NCBI GenBank assembly: GCA_030629005.1
Contig: DAOVPV010000005.1
Location: 462 to 64,461, forward strand
Direction of reading: 5' to 3'
DNA length: 64,000 nt
Source: a bacterium
GTDB lineage: Bacteria; Babelota; Babeliae; Babelales; UASB340
The translations under genes were made by a program, and so were the position numbers. Below, piece after piece: positions 28,162-37,509 of the stretch. Each line of letters begins with the position of its first letter. Positions within the stretch are counted from its first letter, which is position 1. Below the pieces are notes generated by a model, which made no database searches, was not told the DNA's origin, and worked only from the letters and a program-made list of their open reading frames with translations.

Positions 28162-30355
28162 AAACCTCGAAGCCTCCGTTATTTCTAACTAATTTATCTA
28201 CAGTAAGAGTTAATCTTGAAGTTTCTATAATTCGTTTTAAAGGAATCGGTAATTTGTGACTACTTATTCTAACATTTAATATAAACTCATCTAACAAATA
28301 TTGATGCCCCTTATCGGCATATTTATCTGTCCTATTAAAAGAAACTGGCACACCAAATCCTTTTAATACCTTATAATCTTTCATCCAAATAGATTTCCCA
28401 TCAAATAAAATTTCCATATGCTCTTTGCCCATGGCACAATTACCCAAAGAAGAATATGTAAAATTACAACAAGAACCATCTGACATTCTAACAGTTGCTA
28501 TAAAATTATCTATGTTAGATGCATCATCATTATGACTATTAATTGTTTGAACACTCACAGATACCGGGAAAGCATCTGTTAAAAAACAAAATAAATCAAA
28601 AATATGACATGCTTCACCAATAATTCTACCACCATTTTCTTTATCGTTTACCCAGTGTTCTTTAGAAACATAACCCGCATTCATTCTATAATTTATAATT
28701 AATGGATTTGCCCTATTTGAAACAACATTTTTTATTATTAAATTAAACGGCGCAAATGATCGATTAAAATCGACAGTATAAAGAACCTTAGGATTTTGTT
28801 CAAATAGCTTTTCCAATAAATAAAGCTGTTCAAAATTAACAACAGCAGGTTTTTCTACAAATACAGCTTTTCTATATTTTAATGCATCAATAGACTGTTC
28901 AAAATGATATTTATGTGGAGTCGCAATTACCACCACACTTATATCTTCATCGTTAAAAACTCTATCCGTAATATTACCTATTTTTTTTACACCATAAGTT
29001 TTTGCAACAGTTAACATATTAGAATTGTTTTTATCCACCAAGGTGTGTAAATTAACAAATCTATTTCTATTCAAAATAGGCAACAGTTTAACCTTTGCAA
29101 AACCGCCAACTCCAATAAAGCCAACTTGTATTTTTCCACGTGGTGAAACATATTTTGGCAATATTAAATTATCAAAATTTTGATTTTTGTATGAATCTTT
29201 TTTTTTATAAGATTCTATTGAATTCAAAGCTTCTCTCGATATATTCTGACCAAATGTAAACAAAGCGCCAAGACCTCTTTGTTTTTTCAAGTAAAAATAA
29301 GCTCTTTCGGCTTCACTAATATCAAACTCCTGGTCAGCCAAAAAACCTATATTAATTTTTTTGTTTTCTATTAATTCTACAAATAAATCCATATTTCTAT
29401 TTTCGGTCCAACGAACATATGGATATGGATAATCTATACCTTTATTTTCATAGTTAGAATCATAACGTCCAGGACCATATGCACAAGAAATTAAAAAGTC
29501 GATTTCTTTTGAATAAAAAGGATCCCTATCAAAATTAATATCTACATTTCCAACTAAAACAACTCGCCCTTTACGCCGAGTGTAAGTCATAGCATTATTT
29601 ATTATAGACTTATCTCTTCCTGCTGCAGCTATTATTGTAGCGTCAACGCCTTTATGCTTTGTAAGAAAATTTATTTGCTCTTCAATGCCTGTTTTCGCGT
29701 CTAAAACAAAATCTATTCCATTTTTTTTAGCCAATTCTAATCTAGACGGATCTATGTCTATTCCAAAAACTTTACATCCAGCCAATTTACAAAGTTGTGC
29801 TGTAATTTGTCCAATAAGCCCCAATCCTATAACAGCAACACTTTCTCCCAAGCTCAAATTAGCTCTCCTAAAACCCTGCATAGCAATAGAGCCAATTGTT
29901 GTAAGACTTGCAAGTTTCAAATTATTTTTATTAAAAACTTTTACAGCTAAATTAACCGGAACAGAAGCATATTCAGCATGGTTTGCAATATTAGCACCCG
30001 CACACGCAACATAATCTCCTATCTTGAATTTGTCGATATTCTTACCAACTGCAACAACTTTACCCGAGCAAGAATAACCAAGCGCAGACGTCAAACTTAA
30101 TTTATTTTTAATTAAAGAAAGTGTACCCATTGGGCCATCAGACTTTATTGCACCAAATATTTTACTAACATTTTTAGAACTATTTTCTGTAATTTTTTTA
30201 ATTAAATTTTTTTCTGATTCACCGATAGTAGCTAATTCTGTTCCTGAGCTTATAAAAGAATAATAAACTTTTACTAGAATGCTATTATCTTCAAGCAAAG
30301 GAATAGGAACATCTTGTAAAAATAAATTGCCTTTTCTTAAAAAAAGTTGTCTCAT
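28151..30355 (-). CDS. Bi-domain oxidoreductase: N-terminal zinc-type alcohol dehydrogenase (MDR) fused to a C-terminal Gfo/Idh/MocA domain
   Basis: 734 aa; 'VAVIGLGLIGQITAQLCKLAGCKVFGIDID' (MDR Rossmann); 'VGFIGVGGFAKVKLLPIL' and 'VFVEKP' (Gfo/Idh/MocA). Confidence 0.75.
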   Translation of the reverse strand: MRQLFLRKGNLFLQDVPIPLLEDNSILVKVYYSFISSGTELATIGESEKNLIKKITENSSKNVSKIFGAIKSDGPMGTLSLIKNKLSLTSALGYSCSGKVVAVGKNIDKFKIGDYVACAGANIANHAEYASVPVNLAVKVFNKNNLKLASLTTIGSIAMQGFRRANLSLGESVAVIGLGLIGQITAQLCKLAGCKVFGIDIDPSRLELAKKNGIDFVLDAKTGIEEQINFLTKHKGVDATIIAAAGRDKSIINNAMTYTRRKGRVVLVGNVDINFDRDPFYSKEIDFLISCAYGPGRYDSNYENKGIDYPYPYVRWTENRNMDLFVELIENKKINIGFLADQEFDISEAERAYFYLKKQRGLGALFTFGQNISREALNSIESYKKKDSYKNQNFDNLILPKYVSPRGKIQVGFIGVGGFAKVKLLPILNRNRFVNLHTLVDKNNSNMLTVAKTYGVKKIGNITDRVFNDEDISVVVIATPHKYHFEQSIDALKYRKAVFVEKPAVVNFEQLYLLEKLFEQNPKVLYTVDFNRSFAPFNLIIKNVVSNRANPLIINYRMNAGYVSKEHWVNDKENGGRIIGEACHIFDLFCFLTDAFPVSVSVQTINSHNDDASNIDNFIATVRMSDGSCCNFTYSSLGNCAMGKEHMEILFDGKSIWMKDYKVLKGFGVPVSFNRTDKYADKGHQYLLDEFILNVRISSHKLPIPLKRIIETSRLTLTVDKLVRNNGGFEVFDN

Positions 30356-30386
30356 TATTTACTCTCTAAAAAAATGCTTTGTGAAG

Positions 30387-31694
30387 TTAGTTTTTGTACC
30401 TCTTATACATAAGTCCACACTCATCAACAATAATTTTATTTTTTAAATCTATGTTTTTTAATTTTAAAAAAAAGGCGTGTGGAACTAAAATTAAAATAAT
30501 ATCTGACCATAATACAGCAGACTCTAAATTATCAAATCTTCTGAATTTAAATTTATTTAACTCCAATTTAATTATGTTTGGTTCATAAACTGCAAAATCA
30601 AATTTATTTTTATTAGTGTTAAGTTTTTCGGAAGAAACATTTAATGTTAATGTTTTCGAAATTTCTAAAGCAGGAGAACCACGAAGATCATCAACATCTG
30701 CTTTAAAAGTTAATCCTAAAGAAAGCACATTGGGTTTTTTATCCCTTTTTTTATAAAAGGCTTCAACTGTTTTTAATAAATTATTAATAACTAAGCCAGG
30801 CTTATTATCATTAATCTTTCTTGCCATCTGTATAATTTGAGTTTTATCTGGAAACGTTTCTATCAAAAACCATGGGTCAACTGCAATACAATGCCCGCCA
30901 ACACCACAACCTGGAGTTAAAATATTTACCCTTGGATGTTTATTTGCAAGCTCTATTAATTTAAACGGATCTATACCTGCAGACTTCGCCAAATCTGAAA
31001 CTTCATTTGCAAAAGCAATATTTACATCCCTGTAAGCATTTTCTGTTAATTTTACCATTTCAGCAGTCTTATCATCTGTAAGATAAATATTTCCTGTTAT
31101 AAATTCGGAAGAAACATTTAATATTTTTGAATAAAAATCTTTAGCAAGCTCTCCGGATTCAGAACAAATACCACCGATAACCCTATCATTAGAAATTAGT
31201 TCTTCAAAAATTTTACCTGGCAAAACTCGTTCTGGACAATGTGCAACATAAAAATCTTTTGAACATTCTAAACCCGAATTTACTTGTAAAATTTCTGCAA
31301 ACTTTTGAGTTGTACCAACAGGAACTGTTGATTCTAAAATTACTAAATTATTTTTATTAAGAACTTTTGATATCTCTTTGGCTGCACTAAATACATAAGA
31401 TAAATCTGCTTTTTTATGTTCATCAAAATTATTTTCTAGAAATGGAGTCGGAACAGCAACAACAAAGACATCTGCTGCAATTATTTTGTTACTTGCTTTA
31501 AAATTCCCAGACTTTATTGCTAACTTAAGTTTTTCATCGATTCCTGTTTCGAATATTGGTGATTCTGTTTTATTAATTTTTTCTATTTTAGAAATATCAA
31601 CATCAAAACCAAAAACTTGATAACCAGAGAGTGCGGATACTATAGCTGTTGGCAAGCCAATATAACCCAAACCAACAATAGTAACTTTCTTCAT
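30387..31694 (-). CDS. wecC: UDP-N-acetyl-D-mannosamine dehydrogenase-type nucleotide-sugar dehydrogenase
   Basis: 'KVTIVGLGYIGLPTA', 'TAEMVKLTENAYRDVNIAFANE', 'GVGGHCIAVDPWF'; GGAG RBS before the ATG at 31694. Confidence 0.8.
   Translation of the reverse strand: MKKVTIVGLGYIGLPTAIVSALSGYQVFGFDVDISKIEKINKTESPIFETGIDEKLKLAIKSGNFKASNKIIAADVFVVAVPTPFLENNFDEHKKADLSYVFSAAKEISKVLNKNNLVILESTVPVGTTQKFAEILQVNSGLECSKDFYVAHCPERVLPGKIFEELISNDRVIGGICSESGELAKDFYSKILNVSSEFITGNIYLTDDKTAEMVKLTENAYRDVNIAFANEVSDLAKSAGIDPFKLIELANKHPRVNILTPGCGVGGHCIAVDPWFLIETFPDKTQIIQMARKINDNKPGLVINNLLKTVEAFYKKRDKKPNVLSLGLTFKADVDDLRGSPALEISKTLTLNVSSEKLNTNKNKFDFAVYEPNIIKLELNKFKFRRFDNLESAVLWSDIILILVPHAFFLKLKNIDLKNKIIVDECGLMYKRYKN
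30627..30648. repeat. Dispersed motif copy TTCGGAAGAAACATTTAATGTT (codes 'LNVSSEK' on the minus strand)
   Basis: Direct reading; shares more than 18 nt with 31104-31122 and 39399-39420. Confidence 0.8.
31104..31122. repeat. Dispersed motif copy TTCGGAAGAAACATTTAAT (codes 'LNVSSEF')
   Basis: Direct reading; same orientation and reading frame as the other copies. Confidence 0.8.
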
Positions 31695-31739
31695 CACTAC
31701 TCCACTAACCACAGATTATATGCACACAACCTGTATTTT

Positions 31740-32870
31740 TTATAAATTTAATTTTTTTCTAATTATAGAAACAATACGATTACAACTATTCCCGTCACCA
31801 TAAATTGATGACATTTTCTCCGTACCTTTTTTTAGATGATAGCATTTTTCTAAAGAAGATAAAATTAATTTTTCATTAGTTCCAACAAGATCTTCCGAAC
31901 CATCCCAAACGCCCTCCCAACGCTCGGTTACATCTCGCAAAACAATAACATGTTTGCCCAAACTTACAGCTTCTTCTTGAATCCCGCCAGAGTCCGTAGC
32001 AATAAAATCTGCATTTAATAAAATATAAATCAAATCTTTATACAAAAGAGAATCAGTCATAAAAATATTTTTAACATCCGAAATTCCAGACTCTTTTATA
32101 GCACCCAAAACATTTGGGTTTGGATGTTTAGGATAAATAAATAAAACATCTTCGTGCAATTGTGCAAATTTTTTAATACTACTAAAAATTCGCAAAAGCC
32201 CCGGACCAAAAGATTCTCTTCTATGCGCAGTAAGTAAAATTATTTTTTTATTTTCACTTTTGGTTTTATTTACAATATCTTCTATTATTTTGTCTATTTT
32301 TATTTGCCCAAACAAAATTAAATCTTTCATCCAGAACAAAGCATCAACAACAGTATTACCAGTGCAAAAAACTTTATTTCTATCTACACCTTCGGATAAT
32401 AAATTTGCAGTAGAAAATGCAGTTGGCGCAAAATGAAAATCTGCAATTTGAGAAACCAATTTTCTGTTTAATTCTTCTGGAAATGGAGAGCGCATATTGC
32501 CAGTTCTAAGTCCAGCTTCAACATGCCCTGTTGGAATATTCATGTAAAACGCAGCAAGAGCCGCCGCCATTGTGGTTGTTGTATCACCATGAACTAAGAC
32601 TAATATTGGATTAACTTTTTGATAAACCTCACGAACTCTTTCCATTATTGTTCTTTGTAGATAAAAAAGATCTTGCCCTTCTATCATTACGTCAAGATTA
32701 AAATCTGGAGAAACTTTAAAGATATCGAAAACTTGCTGTAACAAATCAGAGTGCTGAAATGTCGCGCATAAAAGTGTGTTTATGTTTTCTTTTTTGAATG
32801 CAATATAAAGGGGCACAAGCTTTATAGCCTCTGCCCTTGTACCTACAACTAAAAGAATTGGTCTTTGCAT
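31740..32870 (-). CDS. wecB: UDP-N-acetylglucosamine 2-epimerase (non-hydrolysing)
   Basis: 376 aa; 'ILLVVGTRAEAIKLVPL', 'HVEAGLRTGN', 'TDSGGIQEEA'. Confidence 0.9.
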   Translation of the reverse strand: MQRPILLVVGTRAEAIKLVPLYIAFKKENINTLLCATFQHSDLLQQVFDIFKVSPDFNLDVMIEGQDLFYLQRTIMERVREVYQKVNPILVLVHGDTTTTMAAALAAFYMNIPTGHVEAGLRTGNMRSPFPEELNRKLVSQIADFHFAPTAFSTANLLSEGVDRNKVFCTGNTVVDALFWMKDLILFGQIKIDKIIEDIVNKTKSENKKIILLTAHRRESFGPGLLRIFSSIKKFAQLHEDVLFIYPKHPNPNVLGAIKESGISDVKNIFMTDSLLYKDLIYILLNADFIATDSGGIQEEAVSLGKHVIVLRDVTERWEGVWDGSEDLVGTNEKLILSSLEKCYHLKKGTEKMSSIYGDGNSCNRIVSIIRKKLNL

Positions 32871-32975
32871 ATTACTCTAACCATTTCGTCTTTTTATTAA
32901 TAAAATTATTAAACTATTTCAATTAGCTTTGCATCTTTGATGTATAATACAATCCGTTCTACCAGTCAACAATAC

Positions 32976-33287
32976 CGCCCAACGCTTACGCATAGGGCTA
33001 CTACAAATACGCCCGCTCACGCAGGCTTATTCTTTGTAATAGAGCTATGGCGTTCTTCTTGGTTTAAAATATAATTTTTTATTTTTTGTAAAGAACTACG
33101 ATCAACAGGAAAAACACCGTAACCTTGTTGCCAGGAAAAATCAGATAAAAAAATAAACATAATTATTTTTCATAGTTAATCTAACAATTACAACCTAAAT
33201 AAAATCCTATTCTTAAACATTTATCAATAAAAAAAAGCCTGCGTAAGCGGGCGTATTTGTGGTAGCCCTATGCGTAAGCGTTGGGCG
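32976..33287. mobile_element. Decayed REPtron: ~50-nt GC-rich inverted arms enclosing a Y1 (IS200/RAYT-like) transposase remnant
   Basis: Arms 32976-33025 and 33238-33287 match 48/50 as inverted repeats and share the CGCCCAACGCTTACGCATAGGGCTAC core with 17795-17957. Confidence 0.8.
33017..33160 (-). pseudogene. C-terminal remnant of an IS200-like / REP-associated tyrosine transposase
   Basis: 47-codon ORF 'MFIFLSDFSWQQGYGVFPVDRSSLQKIKNYILNQEERHSSITKNKPA' matches the family C-terminal pattern WQxGYxxFSV...YIxNQExHH; the N-terminal HUH part is absent. Confidence 0.65.
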
Positions 33288-33366
33288 ATATTGTTTTCTT
33301 ATATTTTAATATTAATACATTCATAAACCTTATGATTTTAATCATATTTAAAATTAAAATATTTGC

Positions 33367-33399
33367 AAAAAAAATAGCCTGGCTTTAAAAACCAGGCTA
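33367..33399 (-). terminator. Rho-independent terminator downstream of the kinase gene
   Basis: TAGCCTGG / CCAGGCTA stem with a 9-nt loop, followed on the minus strand by T8. Confidence 0.7.
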
Positions 33400-33424
33400 T
33401 AACTTAAATCCCTTTTTATAATCT

Positions 33425-34519
33425 TTAATCTGATAAACCTAAAAAACCGTCCAATTTTTCCGTAATAAAACCAATATCCGGCCGCTCTTCTAAATTCAAA
33501 AATAACATTTTTCCAACTAAAACACCTAAAGGTCTCTTTTTATTTTTAAAAAAATATTTCCATATATTTTCATAATTAGGCACCAAAAGATCCCGTTCAA
33601 CATATTTTTTATATTTTAAAGCACGCAAGTATAGATTAAATTCAACCTCACCTGAAGAAGGTCTCCCCCTTGCACGACTCAATAACCCTGTATTAACTAT
33701 CCTTATATTCTTACTTATCCATGAAATAGCGCTTGGATAAAAATCTTTTTTTCTTAACATCTTATAAAAAATATTACCTAAGGCATAAACATCAACAGCC
33801 CTGGTATAACGATAAGTTGAAATCTTAACAACCTCCCCGTCTCTTTCCTCTTCAATCTCACGAAATGGTTTTAAAATCTCCGGAGCTTTATATCCTGTAG
33901 TTCCTCTAGAATAACCCTCTTCGAAAACCTCAAATTCATTAAGTTTTACCGAATAATCAAAATCAATAAGTTTAGCAACAAACCATTTTTTTTCGGGATC
34001 ATTAACTAAAACAATATTTGCAAGCTTCATATCTCTATGAATAACATTATTATTATGTAAATATTGCAAACCTTTAGATATATCCAAAAAATAATTTAAC
34101 TTTTCTTCCATACCCATTATTTGTTTATTATTTCTAAAATATTTATCAAGGCTATTTGTTGCTAATTCTAAAATTATAAACCTTGAAATTTTAGAATATG
34201 CAAAAGCTTTTATCAAATTTTCATGAACATAGATATTATAAAAATTTACCTCTCGCGTTAAGGCTGTCAAACCTTTATCATCAAAAGTAAAAAAAACAAC
34301 CGCAACACCCTTATCATCCCAATTAAATTTAAAAACCTCTTTGTAAGTTCCCTTTCCAAGAAAGTTTTCTTCACTTCGAATTTCACCAGTTCTAGATTTA
34401 ATATTCTCGACATCGTTGTCTTCAGCATCTAAGTCAATTAATTGAGCTGAAGAATAAAAAGATATACTTAAAAATAGAACTAATAGTGATAAATATTTTT
34501 TATTAAATTTAAAAAACAT
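33425..34519 (-). CDS. Leader-bearing eukaryotic-type Ser/Thr protein kinase
   Basis: 364 aa; 'LGKGTYKEVFKF' Gly loop, 'HRDMKLANIVL', 'DFDYS', 'GTTGYKAPE', 'DVYALGNIF'; hydrophobic leader. Confidence 0.85.
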   Translation of the reverse strand: MFFKFNKKYLSLLVLFLSISFYSSAQLIDLDAEDNDVENIKSRTGEIRSEENFLGKGTYKEVFKFNWDDKGVAVVFFTFDDKGLTALTREVNFYNIYVHENLIKAFAYSKISRFIILELATNSLDKYFRNNKQIMGMEEKLNYFLDISKGLQYLHNNNVIHRDMKLANIVLVNDPEKKWFVAKLIDFDYSVKLNEFEVFEEGYSRGTTGYKAPEILKPFREIEEERDGEVVKISTYRYTRAVDVYALGNIFYKMLRKKDFYPSAISWISKNIRIVNTGLLSRARGRPSSGEVEFNLYLRALKYKKYVERDLLVPNYENIWKYFFKNKKRPLGVLVGKMLFLNLEERPDIGFITEKLDGFLGLSD

Positions 34520-34638
34520 ACTCCCCCCTCCATCGTTTATTCCCCAAATATATTTATATTAAAGCATAAAACGTATTTATATATCAATAAATTTAGCATT
34601 TAAATTTATATTTAAAATCTTTTTATACAATTTTATAC

Positions 34639-34684
34639 AAAAAAGCTAGAAAGATTTTTCTTTTCATAAAAATCTTTCTAGCTT
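34639..34684 (-). terminator. Long-stem rho-independent terminator overlapping the stop codon of the SurA-like gene
   Basis: AAGCTAGAAAGATTTTT / AAAAATCTTTCTAGCTT stem, followed on the minus strand by T6. Confidence 0.7.
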
Positions 34685-35577
34685 AAATAAACAATTGACG
34701 CATCTTTTCTTAATTCCGATTCAAATTCTTTTTCAAATGCGACTCTCTTTTTTTCCTGTAATGAAGCTTCTATTCCTGTATAACGTTGCTCCAAAGATAA
34801 TAAGTTCTTCTCGGATCTATCAACAACTTTTACGAGCTGATATGATCCAGAAAATTTTACTGGTTTACAAACTTCACCTTTCTTCATTCCAGAAACAAAG
34901 GCTAAGTTTTTATTCAAGTCTTTCTTTAAGATCCAACCAAGATCATCCCACTTCCCGCCACTTTTATCTGCAACTGAATTACCATCTTTATCTACATCAG
35001 ATTCTGATAAGTCACAAATTTGTAAATTATATTTTTCTTCTGACCAACTTGGATTTTTCTTGTAAAACTCTTCAACTTCTTGAGACATTACAACACCTTT
35101 TTCGCTAAACTGTGCCATTTTTAGTCTTTCTACAGCCATAAACTTTGCAATTTGAGATTTGTAATCAGCTAAGGTTAAACCTTCTTGCTTAAGTTCTTTT
35201 TCAAAATCTTCATCTGATAAATCAACAAGCCCACTTCTAATTTTCAAGCTCGTAATTTGTTTATCAACTTCTGCGCTGGTTGCAAGCATTTTATGTTCTG
35301 CTGCTTTCTGAAAAAGCAATTCTTCATTAATCGCAGCTTCTAGGCTCAACCTTTGCCCACTAGCAACAGCTTGAGGTTTTTCCAATGTTGATTTTAAGAT
35401 ATTAACACCATTAACACGAACAACAATTTTATCTACTGTCGTTTTTTTTATTTTATCGCTTTCAGCAACGTTTTTAACTTCGGCAGCAGAAATCTGCGAT
35501 TTATCAGCACTTGTTTGTTCAGCAAAACAACCAAAAAACATCCCCATTAAAACCAAAAAAGAAAATCTAAATTTCAC
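34678..35577 (-). CDS. SurA/PpiD-like periplasmic chaperone with a parvulin-type PPIase domain
   Basis: 299 aa; leader; 'KIVVRVNGVNILKSTLE' (SurA_N-like); 'GGKWDDLGWILKKDL...GEVCKPVKFSGSYQLVKV' (parvulin-like). Confidence 0.65.
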   Translation of the reverse strand: MKFRFSFLVLMGMFFGCFAEQTSADKSQISAAEVKNVAESDKIKKTTVDKIVVRVNGVNILKSTLEKPQAVASGQRLSLEAAINEELLFQKAAEHKMLATSAEVDKQITSLKIRSGLVDLSDEDFEKELKQEGLTLADYKSQIAKFMAVERLKMAQFSEKGVVMSQEVEEFYKKNPSWSEEKYNLQICDLSESDVDKDGNSVADKSGGKWDDLGWILKKDLNKNLAFVSGMKKGEVCKPVKFSGSYQLVKVVDRSEKNLLSLEQRYTGIEASLQEKKRVAFEKEFESELRKDASIVYLS

Positions 35578-35590
35578 TTTATTCTCCCGT

Positions 35591-37423
35591 CTAAATTTTA
35601 TCCAACTTTATTGTATATTTTATGTTATCTATAGAGCTAATATTTTCAAGTGTTGTTAAATCACCAACATCAGTTTTTTGCAACAAACTAGAAAGTACTC
35701 TACGCATAATTTTGCCAGATCTCGTTTTTGGCAAAGCTTCAACAAAGTATATTTTAGCAGGTTTTACCAAAGCGCCAATCTCTATCTTTAAAGTTAATGT
35801 AATTTCTGCCCTTAAATCATCTAAATCCAAGTCAGATTCTTTTAATACTACAAATAATGCAAAATTCTGCCCCTTTATTCTATCTGGAATAGCTGCAACC
35901 GCGGCTTCTGCAACTTTTTGATTCTTAATTGTTGCATTTTCTATCTCTGAAGTTCCAATTCTATGACCGGCAATATTCAATGTTTCATCAGAACGGCCTA
36001 AAAACCAAATGTATCCATTTTCATCTTTTATAGCATAATCACCTGAATAATAATTATCCTTAAATTTGGACCAATAAACTTCTTCAAATCGTTTATTATC
36101 ACCCCAAACACCTTTAGTTAATCCCGGCCAAGAACTTTTAACAATTAAAAAACCTTTCTGACCATTAGGAATAGAAGTCCCATTTTCATCTACAATATCA
36201 ACCTCAATTCCATCTAACGGTAAAGTTGGAGAACCTGGCTTTAAATCCGAAAGTTTATAATCAATTTTTGGAGCAATCATAAAACCACCAGTTTCTGTTT
36301 GCCACCAAGTGTCTATTATTGGACATTTCTTATTACCAACACGGTCAAAAAACCAATACCAAATGTCTGGATTTATAACCTCACCAACAGAACCCAATAC
36401 CTTTAAACTACTTAAATCAATATTTTCCATCCACTTTTCACCTAGTTTTCTTAGCATTCTTATTGCAGTAGGAGAAGTATATAAAGTTGAAACTTTGTAT
36501 TTTTCTATAAGTTTCCACCAAATAGATGGATTAGGAAAATCTGGAGTACCTTCGTATACAACAGAAGTAGCTCCACTCATAAGCGGCGCATAAACCACAT
36601 ACGAGTGACCGGTTACCCAGCCAACATCAGCAGTACACCAATAAACACCATTCTTTGCCCCACCAAAAGCCGCCCCAAATGAATAATTAACATAAGTTAA
36701 GTAACCACCAGTAGAATGAACGATGCCCTTTGGCTTACCCGTGGTCCCAGAAGTATACAAAATAAACAATGGATCATTAGATTCTACCGCAACTGGCTCA
36801 AAGTAATCTTTAGAATTTTTTATTAAATCTGAATACAAAACATCTCTGCGAGAATCTAAGCTCAAAGATAAATCTGTACGCTTTGCAATAATCACTTTTT
36901 TTATTGCGGTTTCATGTACAGCAAGGTCTACAACAAATTTTAAGTTTATAAATTTTCCACGACGCAAGGAATAATCTGCTGTCATTAAATATTTAGCTTT
37001 AGTATCTATAATTCTATCTTTTAATGATTTATAAGAAAATGCAGAAAATACAACGGTATGGATTGCTCCAACACGAGCAACTGCTAATATCGAAAAAATA
37101 GCCCGAGGAATCATTGGCATGTATATTACAACAACATCACCCTTTTTTACCCCAAGATCCGAAAGTCCACAAGCCAGTCGGTTTACTTCATTGTAAATTT
37201 CTTGATATGTAAAAGTTTGATTCTCGCCAAGCTCATTCTCCCAATGAATAGCAATCTTTTCTCCTGAGCCATTTTTGATATGTCTGTCTAGACATTGATA
37301 GGAGGCGTTAAGTTTTCCACCTGTAAACCAATTTAGGTATGGCTTTTCACCAGTGGTAACATCATCCCATTTTTTGAACCAATCTAACTTTTCAGCCTGT
37401 TTTTCCCAGAATAAGTTATTCAT
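35591..37423 (-). CDS. acs: Acetyl-CoA synthetase (acetate--CoA ligase)
   Basis: 610 aa; 'YTSGTTGKPKG', 'WWQTETGG', 'LPKTRSGKIMRR'. Confidence 0.9.
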   Translation of the reverse strand: MNNLFWEKQAEKLDWFKKWDDVTTGEKPYLNWFTGGKLNASYQCLDRHIKNGSGEKIAIHWENELGENQTFTYQEIYNEVNRLACGLSDLGVKKGDVVVIYMPMIPRAIFSILAVARVGAIHTVVFSAFSYKSLKDRIIDTKAKYLMTADYSLRRGKFINLKFVVDLAVHETAIKKVIIAKRTDLSLSLDSRRDVLYSDLIKNSKDYFEPVAVESNDPLFILYTSGTTGKPKGIVHSTGGYLTYVNYSFGAAFGGAKNGVYWCTADVGWVTGHSYVVYAPLMSGATSVVYEGTPDFPNPSIWWKLIEKYKVSTLYTSPTAIRMLRKLGEKWMENIDLSSLKVLGSVGEVINPDIWYWFFDRVGNKKCPIIDTWWQTETGGFMIAPKIDYKLSDLKPGSPTLPLDGIEVDIVDENGTSIPNGQKGFLIVKSSWPGLTKGVWGDNKRFEEVYWSKFKDNYYSGDYAIKDENGYIWFLGRSDETLNIAGHRIGTSEIENATIKNQKVAEAAVAAIPDRIKGQNFALFVVLKESDLDLDDLRAEITLTLKIEIGALVKPAKIYFVEALPKTRSGKIMRRVLSSLLQKTDVGDLTTLENISSIDNIKYTIKLDKI

Positions 37424-37509
37424 TTTGTATCCAAAGATTTAAGAACAAAAGAAATTTTTTTTAATAAAAACAGAATAGTACAGAAAATATGGCTCCGCAA
37501 AAGGGTCAA

